From Paraphysomonas bandaiensis (lineage: Eukaryota > Protista > Chrysophyceae), in assembly GCA_965644295.1 (NCBI GenBank), contig CBFFRP010000353.1, forward strand, positions 1 to 36,054: a DNA stretch of 36,054 bases. Reading direction: 5' to 3'. Of this stretch, positions 1-10,153 are shown one piece after another (the stretch's first letter is position 1; every line of letters starts with the position of its first letter). The notes under the pieces are model-generated. The model saw nothing but the letters and a program-made list of their open reading frames with translations. It did not search any database and was not told the origin of the DNA. Both the position numbers and the translations under genes were made by a program.

Positions 1-19
1 AACATGGCCTAATTTATAG

Positions 20-132
20 CGTTTTATACTGACAAAGAAGAGATAGAGAATGGTGAGGAAGCCGAGGCCATTTGTTCACTTGAATACAACCGAAAGGACG
101 CACCAAATTGCCAACACGATATCGTTGAATGA
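20..132 (+). CDS. Probable last exon of a gene entering from the left edge (…FYTDKEEIENGEEAEAICSLEYNRKDAPNCQHDIVE*), product unknown
   Basis: CTAAT branch-like motif plus TAG acceptor at 9-19, followed by a purine-rich open frame ending TGA at 130-132; no recognisable domain. Confidence 0.35.
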
Positions 133-495
133 GGCGTTTGTAAAGCACTATTAATTGCAATGCCAATGATTTGACGCTTGATTATAAATATCTATTTTTA
201 TTGTTAGAATGTTAGTACGTTAGTACCTCTTACATTTAGATCAAAAGAAAAACCTCATAGGAAGTGTATTAACATGGAGATCTGATGATCTGTTACAAAA
301 TATTGGCTATTTGAAATATACACTCAACGTTCTTTGCGCTTTCTTTTTGTTCTACTCCGACCTCCGACACACTATATATACATACATACTGCATTATTAT
401 TAACAATATGAATTATTGACAAAGTGCACTTTTAAAATTAATACACACTTTTCAAGGCTACGAAAACTACGCCGCCAGCATCTATCAATTACTCA

Positions 496-692
496 TTTTT
501 TTATTGAAAGTGTTTTTATTTAGCAATAGGCGTTAAAAACTCGTTCCGATATAGTGGCTAGTTGAATGCTAGACCTACTAGTTAGACCTCTACCCATAAC
601 TAATTAGCACAAATTCTATTATCCTACTATTTAGCGCTACAGAAGCTGCTTGTGCGTCGCCGCAAGCACCAAGGTGCAACCACTTCCGCTCT
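496..692 (-). mobile_element. 3' end of a second copy of the short retroposon family (partial), ending in an A7 tail
   Basis: Reverse complement aligns to 1532-1713; 635-692 vs 1532-1589 match at 56/58. On the minus strand it ends GCCTATTGCTAAATAAAAACACTTTCAATAAAAAAA. No TSD found. Confidence 0.7.
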
Positions 693-1207
693 TAATGTTG
701 TTTGTGAGTTTCTCCCTGCTCGTGTGTCTTAGGACTGACTGGCGCGTGTTCAATTGTAGATAATATATATACCTAATATTGGCAAACTGTAAACTAAGAT
801 GAGATAATCATTGCTGAATGAGGGCTAGAAACTATTATATAGATTCATAGATTCTTCATACGCTCTTATATTGCTTAAACTGAGATATTGTTACTAAATA
901 TCAAAGTGTAAAGTGTAGTGAGTAAACCAAAAATTATTACACACTTGCAATCGATAGCAACATTTTGTGACATACAATATAGCTAACTCTTACATTTCGC
1001 ACTTCAGTAATTCTAATCGCCTGCCATCTAAAAGCTGTAGTCAAGATATTTAAATTATGACTGTTACTTGAATAATACTGTTTTTTAGTTAACAGTATTA
1101 TTAGAATCAATGTCATGAAGGCAGTCATATATAGTAGTAAAACAAAATATAAGATCATGATATATACTTCAGTGGTATGACAATATTGGTAGTAGAGAGT
1201 AGAGACA

Positions 1208-1296
1208 CCCTCAACAAAGTCGGACTCGCACCTTTTCGTGGTGTTCTGGGGGATAAGTACCGGAGAGATTCTCTCTGGGAAACTAACGTGAGCCGC
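1208..1296 (+). ncRNA. Candidate HDV-like self-cleaving ribozyme (Pr77/ingi-hallmark-like)
   Basis: P1 1208-1215/1243-1250 (6 of 8 pairs); P2 1221-1229/1288-1295; P3 ACC/GGT with 7-nt L3 TTTTCGT; P4 1260-1267/1271-1278; J4/2 ACTAAC with candidate catalytic C1283. Confidence 0.65.
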
Positions 1297-1414
1297 AAAC
1301 ATAGTCAGCAGATATTCTTCTGCCCACACATATAGCCGAATGCTTATGTGGTACAAGAAGGGACACCAATAAGTGTCACTTGTGTAGACGTCTTTGGGTC
1401 CTGACGAATAAACA

Positions 1415-1499
1415 GGCATCCGGGAATGGGCCCACCTCAAGGGCATCCGGGAATGGGCCCACCTGAAGGGTAACCGGGGAATTGGGCTGCCTGCTGAAG
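1415..1499 (+). repeat. 27-bp GC-rich tandem repeat inside the retroposon (2 near-identical copies plus 1 degenerate)
   Basis: GGCATCCGGGAATGGGCCCACCT(C/G)AAG at 1415 and 1442; degenerate copy from 1469. Confidence 0.85.
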
Positions 1500-2214
1500 T
1501 TAAGCATCCGAGATGTTCACCTTGAGAACTCAGAGCGGAAGTGGTAGCACCTTGGTGCTTGCGGCGACGCACAAGCAGCTTCCGTAGCGTGTGTACTGAT
1601 TAGTTACAGGTAGAGGTCTAACTAGTTTGTCTAGCATTCATCTAGCTACTAAGCTAGTAAGTTGGTGCAGGTTTTTAACGCCTATTGCTACTGTAATAAT
1701 AAGACTTTCAATATATGAGAGTAGAGACAACATTGACAGTGAATGAAAAGTGATGTTGATTATAATTTTATTATATCTATGTTTCTTATATATTATGTCA
1801 GCATACAGCATAGAGTGAAAGTCTTGTGTCTTTATTTCATATTTCTCGTCCGTAGGTTAAGACCAAGTATAGTAGTATAGAGTATAGATATATTTAAAGT
1901 CAACACAATGCAACACCGTTTGCTGAAGTGTTAACCTGAAACTTAAGGTATTACTCAGCCTATAGTGGCAAACTGGTTAGCTTATTTCGCCACATTAGCT
2001 TTAGCGTGGCGACTACATAATAAAACTCGTTACAAATTAATTACAAATTCAGGTTCAATAATGACGAGGCCTCGTTAAAATGAAAAATTTCTACTCCACC
2101 AATCAATTAATGATTGCAGAAATCATACATATGCAATGCATACACCAGCACCGTCAATTATAAGCGTTGTGTCTTTCTCTTTATAGACACAAAAACATCA
2201 ATTTTTTAGGATCT

Positions 2215-5200
2215 TCATAAACATCGTAACACATTCCAGCCGTATCTGGCAGTGTCATGCACTTTATTTTCTTTAAAGTCTAGACACTGAAGTCTTGGCA
2301 TTTCACAGCACTCACTGGGATACACAACATTATCAATAGCCCACTGTGGACCCCCAGAGTGTTGAACTTTCAAATTCCGCACTAATTTGTTCTTAACCAC
2401 TTTATCTCCGCCTTCAATACCATGTTCATTTTGTGGTGAATGATGTCTTGAAAAAATGCACGTGACTGCAAACGTCATGGGCACGCAACATCTTAACCTA
2501 CGGACGAGCAATCGAAGTACCCAATCATAATTAATACTCGCGGTTTCATTGCGTCCATTGTCACACGACGATACGCCCTGCGTTGGGAACAAATACACTT
2601 CACCATCGTCTCCAGCCGAAACTTCAAATAAATCATCCCCATCGAAATCGGAAACATAGAGTTGACCTTCGAAGTGCTTATACTTTACGCTTTTACCAGT
2701 TCTACGAACTCCGGATTCAATGCATTTCCTGAAATCTGGAAACCGGCGAAACTGCGAAAAAACATTACGCTCAGAGTTTATTTTCGTAGCACTACTGTCG
2801 GCAAAACTGTAACACTCAGAAGGTAACAAAGTAAGAGCAGCCTCAAAAAATCGAAGTAACGGGGGACCTTCTAAAATCATTTCAGCTTCAGATGTCCCGT
2901 CATTCACCGCAAAGCTAGCATACCACCATAGCTCAAAGTTTTCCGACCCTGGTGAACAGTTCCGAGAACAGGAAAATTCACACCTCAACTGTCTCGCAAT
3001 AGAAATCGCTTCACTGTTGGCAGAAGCGAAACACCTGCAGCATCTCATGTACACAGATATCTTCTTCACAGCAGAGATGTGACCACAAAGTGTCCACATA
3101 CATCGGTTTCGGTATCGATATATGTCAGCTATGGTAATATAAGGGGGAGGCAGTGGTATCGTAGACTCACTCAAAAGAGACATATCAGTACTATTTTTCA
3201 ACTCTTCCGACTGTGAAATATCCACAAGGGCACCGATGCCCAGTATATTCTCTACAACTACACAAAAGTTGTTCTTAAAACAAAATTCAAAATATGAAGC
3301 TTCCACGTACCAGCAAATGTGTCTGCCGCACCATCTAAATATAGACGCTTATTACTAGCAGAAAGTTTGAGATTAAAGTTGTGTAGCTGGACAACGAAGC
3401 CCACAAAGCACGATGCTGCCACATCGCTTAACATATAGACGTGGAGACTGTCTGTGTAGGACTCATCACGCAATACTATTAAAACCTTTTCTGAGGATAG
3501 TTTTCTTTTCTTGTAATTTCCTTTGTAATTAATCGTGTGACCACAATAATGACTTGCAGCTTCTTTACTATATTCCTTTCTTATGACCACTCCCTTGACA
3601 GGGGGTAGCAGCATTGACATATCAAGTGGCAAAGACGTGTCCGTCATCAATACCTGTCTTACCCCCAAGGGAGGAAGTCGTTTCGTTGTCGCACCCACTG
3701 CAGTCCTAGAAGCATAGGGATGAATGTGGGACCTTATGTAATCCGAAAATTGGTATATATTCCCGGTTCTCGTGTGCTCCAATTCAATTCTAGGCGGCAA
3801 ATTCAATTGACTTAGAGTAAATACTTCAGAGGCTGACAGAATAGCAAATACCACTGCACTCTGCTCATTGTGGGAAGGGTTTTTTTCAAGAAGTACGTAG
3901 GGATTTAATAATGCGACCAACAGATGAGGTGTCTTGTGTGCAGTGCAATGGGCGATCATATTCAGTACTTGGTTATCACATTTATCGTCAAGATGTGACG
4001 ATGAAGAGATAATCGCAACGGTTTTACATCCGGTTGAATCACATAACACCATAGAATAGAGGCCATTGTCATTGCAACAACCACCCACAAGAGTGCCGAC
4101 CACGAGGATAGGATGATCACATGTGTAAGTTTCATGGCGTATTTCAGACCGCTGAGTTGCCTCCACTAGAACACGATACAAAACGTCTGTCTGACTACTC
4201 TTACCCTTCCAACGGTAGGTAGCAACATTTTCCGCATATTGCCGAAGCATGCCACAAGTCCACACTTCTGGTAACAGAGAAGAAAGCCAATCAGAGTCCT
4301 GCCCTGCCCGGATAGCGTAGAGTGGACCATAGTCTGAGTCGACAAACTCCTCCACCAAATTGTAGGTAGGCGTGGAGAAGACTTCAGGCTTTGGAACAGT
4401 AAGGTCAATAATAGCCTGTAAGTATGAAGGCTCCGGAGTCGGCATCCCATGACGCGGCATACATTGTCCTATCTTTCGACAGGCATACGCATACCATGCC
4501 ACGAACACGGAGCACTTGTTTTCTAACATTGAAATGTCAGAGCAAGACATGCGGGTTATGGCTCTTTCTTTGGATGGGGCGAATTCTAGGAGATGACACT
4601 GTGAACGCACAGTCATAGCAAATCCATGAAGCCGGCCCCACAGGTATACGGGGTAAACTTCACGACACTTCACCCTGGCCCCGCGACGCAAACATCCAAG
4701 GACCGCATTAGGGAAACCTCCATGAGACGGGTATAGGAACAGGTTATCGCCACGACAATTACTGTCGAGTTTACCTACAAACTCTACCCATAGCAGCTGA
4801 TGTCCACTCATACAGCACCTCCACACCACACCAGTGATGTCAACAGCAGAGTGCATATATCCGTCTCGCAATGAAACTGATGGTGGGCGGAGATACTTCG
4901 GGTAAACCGCTGCAATCCGTTCCACTTGAAAGCAGTCATTTTGTGGTAGCACATCGGCTGGACATACAGGTGAATAATCTATACAAGCAGATACACTTCT
5001 TGTGTCGCTATTGCATAGAGCTGTCCAACGCGAAGACGAGATGATGCTGACAATATTTTCCCGAGAAAATCCACGGAAAGCGTACCAGGAACCACAACGC
5101 AGAAAAGGATGTAAGTGAGCCGCGTTCTTACGTATAATAACTAGTTCTTCCTCATAGTTTGCGCTGCAGCTACTGGCTTCATTATCATTCAATAGTTGCA

Positions 5201-5566
5201 CACGAAGAAATACTGTGTATATACGAGATCAGTGTTACATTGCACATCAAAATGATCCGACGTACCTGATAAAACACCATCTACTGAACAAGGATTGCTT
5301 ATACATATTATTCGACCAATAAACTGAACAGGTAAGGGCAATACGGGGTCTGTTCGAGGGCTCCTCTCAATATGCTTCCAAGCCTCTATTACAGAGCCAA
5401 TACAGCGACCGCTAATTGATACTTTAGCACCAATATCACATAATTGAAATTGGAAACCACGAGTCACTACTCTGATAATTTCATTATCACATTCAAGCGT
5501 TACACTTACATCTCTCCCTTTTGATAGTTTGATAGTCCCATGGTATTCTTTCTCTACAAATTTCAT
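2215..5566 (-). CDS. CTC1: CTC1-like CST complex subunit (multi-OB-fold telomere protein), ~1,080 aa
   Basis: Three ORFs join in frame through GT-AG introns 5213-5265 and 3258-3310. Motifs HPFLRCGSWY, LRRGARVKCREV…RSQCHLLEFAP and a C-terminal CxxC…CxxxC followed by AVNDGTSEA resemble CTC1 OB folds. The start may lie further up (ATG 5682 via intron 5579-5655). Confidence 0.7.
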
Positions 5567-5956
5567 CTTTATCAATGTCTTGTAAGAGATTATAGTATTA
5601 TATTAAAGGGTATTATAGAGATCATAGATAAGTGACTATATATACGATACTGTACTGATGTTAATGATACTACCAGATCCATATGCTTCTAGTCATCCAC
5701 TGGCAATGCCTCGAACAGCACTCTGTATGCAATTCAACACTCACACTTCGAAGTGTGGTTTTTGAATAACACCTTCATTCAATTTTCACCAATGAATATA
5801 TCTAACGCAATATTGATTGGATAAAATTTCTATATATTCGAAAATCCTATTTTTTATTGGTTTATCCTGTATTTTTCACTGTATTTTTCATTGCATTTTA
5901 TTGATTTTTTCAGTTCTTTTTCAGATGTGTATGTGTGTATGTGGAGTGTTGTATAT

Positions 5957-5974
5957 CAGTAGGAATTCCTACTG
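5957..5974. promoter_or_regulatory. 18-bp perfect palindrome CAGTAGGAATTCCTACTG, candidate cis-element
   Basis: Perfect palindrome upstream of CTC1-like; 15 bp of it recur at 25266-25280 in a divergent promoter. Confidence 0.3.
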
Positions 5975-6837
5975 TGTAGTGTGACATGTTGCTGTTTGAA
6001 GATAAGATCAATGAGAGGGAATATACAGTACTGCAATGAGATGAGGTTGTAGTAGTATTCATTGATCATCTATTGAAGTAATGAATGAGTTGTTGTTGAG
6101 ATTACATCTTTCGACTATGTTAGATCAATATGACATGATTGATATTTCAATACATGATAAATAAATGACTCCTGCGTGTTATAATTCAACAGTTTGTATT
6201 AGTGCGTGAAAATCATGCAGAGAATAAAACCGTCGAGCCCGAGAGATCATTCACTTCTCAGATCTATGAGATGTACAGATTTTCATAGATTGGAGCACAG
6301 TGAGAGTGATAACAGAACTAATTGGTCTCAGATCGTGGGCGATCTCTGCCACAAGATAAATAGTGACGATGTGGCAAAGATATTACGTCCATGGAGTGAG
6401 GAATTTCCACCTCTGAAACAACGAACCGTTTCTGGGCAATAAACGATTTTGTAGAGGGCATATTTTTTATTGATACGTCAGTATTACCTTGAATTTCGAT
6501 ATGAATATTGTACTATTTCGATCACACTTTAGCTTATTATTTCACTACTGGCATGATAGAACTTGAACAGTATGTTAATATCATGCACTTTCCATCGAAA
6601 AATAATTAATCGATTTTTCTTGTTATACAATGAACAATGGATGAACTTTGAAAGGTGTCGGTTGTCATTGGCAAGTTAGGTGAGCCTCACCACCAAAAGT
6701 AAGTAATATACAAGGGTGTCATACTATTCATCTACTCGAAATATATTCCCCTCAACACTCAACCGTAATATTGGCATTTAAACTATGTTAAAATGTCATT
6801 GAGAGGAATATAGGGGTTGTTTGTATTTAAGATATAG

Positions 6838-6894
6838 CAGGGCTAGGGAACAATATATTGCAATACTATGTCTAGTATGCCCTAGCTAGCCCTG
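6838..6894. mobile_element. 57-bp hAT-type MITE
   Basis: TIRs CAGGGCTAG…CTAGCCCTG; identical 8-bp flanking duplication AGATATAG at 6830-6837 and 6895-6902. Confidence 0.8.
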
Positions 6895-7138
6895 AGATAT
6901 AGTATGTACATGTGCATAATTACAATTTCTAGTATACGTGCATTCCGTAGCCGTAGACATGTAATAGAAGGAATGTTAAGCATGTAGACTAGTAATATAA
7001 TTAAAATGAATGGCCAACAAAACAAATCACTGACTCGCTACTCATAACTACCAGTATCATGCTTATTCCGAGAGTATGTGTAACATTGTAGGCCACCATA
7101 ATAAGTAATCCCCCAGACACGACCAAAATATTCGTTGT

Positions 7139-9553
7139 CTACGCCACGATATCATTCACAAAACGGTCTTCAATCTGACTCGCGCGAAACAAACCATCAA
7201 TGTCCATCGCCTCAAATCGGTCAACAAAGGACTGAACCATCCCTGACGGCGTGGGCTCATATTCTCTGAGCTGGACATCAGATCCATCCATAACCATGTT
7301 CGGTTGAACAAGCAACTTCCTCGGCTCTTTCCTTGCCATTACGATACTTCTTAGATTCATCATATCTTCATTGACCTCGCTGTAGGTAGAAAACATGGCA
7401 CCACCGGCATGGACATCAGCAGTGGACTTATATACCTGCAGACGTAAGAGGAAGGCACCTATCGCTGGCTTTCCAACAGACTCAATTTTCGTTCGATCGA
7501 GTGCGATGTGAATATCTGGTTCACCATCAGCCCCTACAAATCTCTCGATAGACAGCAACCCCTCTCCGGCTTCAAGAAGCACGCGTAATATAACATACCG
7601 TGCATTCATGTGAGCCTGACGCCAGGTCTTCGTTTCAGGAGTATAAAACTCTAGCCCCAGGACACCAGCACGACACATGAGCAGCCAATTGATGTAAATT
7701 ATATCTGATTGCGCTTCGGTGTTAACATGCCCAAATACAGCAAGTACAGATGGCTCTAAACATAGATATATTCCGATGCACTCAGCGCGACATTCCTCGT
7801 AGTTGGATGCAATCTTTCCAAAAGTTGAGTCCCATGTAGAGTTTCTTTTGTAGACAGACAACCCGCCAACTTCGCCTGTCAGAGGATTTGTTACAGTTGC
7901 AAGGACCTCAGAATCTTCTTCTTGAAAGAGCTTTCCACTTCCATGCCCCAACAACTCGTGAATTCCTACCTGTTCAGAAATATATTAATTGAGAAGACTT
8001 ATGTCAAAAGTAATTACCTGAACTTCAAAGGCCTCCCCCATTAAAGATTTATATAGTTGTTGATCCTTTGGAAGTATAAATGACACAGGTTTGTCACCCG
8101 ATGCTCCGTATCCCGCCTTCAGTACATTGCCCAGTGACACATTTTTGAATCCCTCTCTCTGTCGGATATCGTCGTAATTAGGGATATTAATCCCAGCAGG
8201 GACTCCTGAGGAGCCGAAGGCGATAATATCAAGGCTTGTGAAATCCGGTCGAAGAAATTCATCTTTCTCGAACTCCTTTGGCCATGGCATCATAGTTAGC
8301 AATTGTTCCGCAGAGTCCACAAGGACCTAAAGCTACTATGTCACGCATTCATAAAACAACAAAGCAACATTGAAAGTGCCTGAAATTTCTTGGAAATTTC
8401 TTTGTTCACACACGCAACAAAACCCTCAAACTCGCCACGCGTTCCTGATGGGTCTCTATAGCTTTCAATAAACCCTATATAGCTTTCTACGGCAGGGCCT
8501 ATAGGAAGTAATATGGTCGTGTAAGTGGTAAACGCATAAGTAGTGAATGCATACTTTTGTCTCGTATCCAATAGCGCGACCCCTCTTTGTGCATTTCGAT
8601 GGAGCCTACTTCAAATGACCGTGCGTAACACTCAAGCATTCGAACTTGCGTATCATTTGCTGCATAACCTGCTCAGACAAAATGAAGCGATAATACGTCA
8701 GTGTAACGTCTACGTACGAGTGGCGTTGCGGAGGCACTCCGCCGCCCTGCGCATTTGGTCACAGTGGTCACCTCGTCGAATCTCAAACTCAAAACCCTCG
8801 AAAGTGTACTCAGAATCAAATGGAAATTCACCGGTATCAGAAGTGGTCAGTGCACTGGCTACGAGTACCGTGTATCGTACAGTCTCCGTCCCACCATTCG
8901 TCTGAACAGTTTTGAACAGGCGTGTGTTGTAGGGAGACAGCCCTATGGAGCCAAGAAACCGTCCAGCTACTTCCGCATCACGCTCCTCACAGTTTGCTGA
9001 AAAGTATGTTGTAATACCGTGGCGGCTACCAAGGCCAAGCTATTTCCATACAACATTAAGTATGCATCGAAAACAATATGGAACCTACTTGTCGGTGTCT
9101 GTGGGGTAAAGAATACATCCTCTCCACAGTCGCATCGAAGTATGTGTTAAATAGATCACTGTTCATGCAGGAGCAGGACAGGAATAGTTTTAAACGATCC
9201 TGTGGGACATCTGGGACAAATTTAGTGTCACCAAAAGATTTATAGTTTCCCATGTTTCCAAAAAAAGCAGCACACCAAATCATAATTCTACTAATTTCAT
9301 CCTCGGTGACACCCTGATTACGTGCTTTAGCCAATAAGACTTGCACTTTTTGTGCAGAAAATACAGATAGTAATAAACAAAAAATCGGAGCGGATTCCGG
9401 GGAGCATTGAGTGAGGCATATCAGGCTACCTTCCCAACTGGCCCTACCCAACCAATACGCATATAGCTTCTCCTGTGAAGTGAGTCCTGTAAATGCCTCC
9501 CGAGAATCTAAAGTGCAAATAGGAGTTGTCACAGGAATGATATGGTTTGACAT
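7139..9553 (-). CDS. DPP3: Dipeptidyl peptidase III (peptidase M49), ~719 aa
   Basis: HELLGH and EECRAE zinc motifs. Introns 9040-9088, 8669-8717, 8499-8554, 8327-8379 (GC-AG) and 7970-8017 give a continuous frame. Upstream in-frame ATGs at 9562 and 9691. Confidence 0.95.
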
Positions 9554-10153
9554 AGTAGGCATATCAGAGGTGGCATTGCTGCTACACAACTGGCACACAA
9601 TAAGCGGAAACTTGCTGGATGCATTGGAACCACCAGAGTCTTCATTGAAATCCTTTCGGATTCCACAACACGGACAAATATAACCCTTCATTAACACTCT
9701 GTATCTTTGTAAATACGTAACTTTAAGAATCACAACTTGATAACTAGACGTGAGGCTATATATCTATCTCGTATCCTGCATATGCTGCTATGTGCTACTC
9801 TTGTACAGGCCTCAATTCTTGTGGGTCAACAGAAGGAATAGCTACAACCTTAATTCCCTAAATCCCAGGTTTTTAAGGGGAAAGGGGTTTAGTACTTGTT
9901 TTTGCCATATGGAGTTCAAAATTTGTGTTTTGAGGATATGTGTTCGATTTGGACCTAAAATGTACAGTATTTTGGGATTCTTGAGGGGTTTGCTGCTGCT
10001 CGTGATAGCTGTTGGAACATGCGATGATGCATGTGGAGCGATACTACTGACAGCAAGGGAGTTGCAAGCAATGCATATTCCAACTAAATCCTGTGCTTCA
10101 GATACTTCCATCCCCGTTGCACAGATTATCTCTTTCTATACACCAGCGCAAGA

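Larger units (their letters stand above)
1208..1716 (+). mobile_element. Non-autonomous non-LTR retroposon (RIME/NARTc/SIDER-like), 509 bp, with 13-bp TSD
   Basis: Perfect direct repeat GAGAGTAGAGACA at 1195-1207 and 1717-1729; no TIRs and no TG..CA; 5' end recurs at 19531 and 3' end at 496-692; ribozyme-like fold begins exactly at the 5' boundary. Confidence 0.7.

Noticed and set aside
1401-1470. CTGACGA as a hammerhead ribozyme core
   Set aside because: No stem II followed by GAAA and no stem III/NUH site
937-1572. 211-aa minus-strand ORF
   Set aside because: Non-ATG start, crosses the element boundary into AT-rich DNA, translates the 27-bp repeat and shows no domain
496-1713. A single MULE/foldback DNA transposon with ~200-bp TIRs
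   Set aside because: No TSD flanks the pair, whereas the right arm belongs to a unit with its own 13-bp TSD and the left arm ends in an A-tail; two retroposon copies fit better
1987-2012. TCGCCAC…GTGGCGA hairpin as a Helitron 3' end
   Set aside because: No correctly placed CTRR followed by T on either strand
500-2200. Telomerase RNA next to CTC1
   Set aside because: No telomeric template (e.g. CTAACCCT or CTAAACCCT) seen, and the structured parts are explained by the repeat family
6206-6500. Short ORF between CTC1-like and DPP3
   Set aside because: No recognisable motif or consistent splice model; may be a pseudogene fragment but cannot be supported
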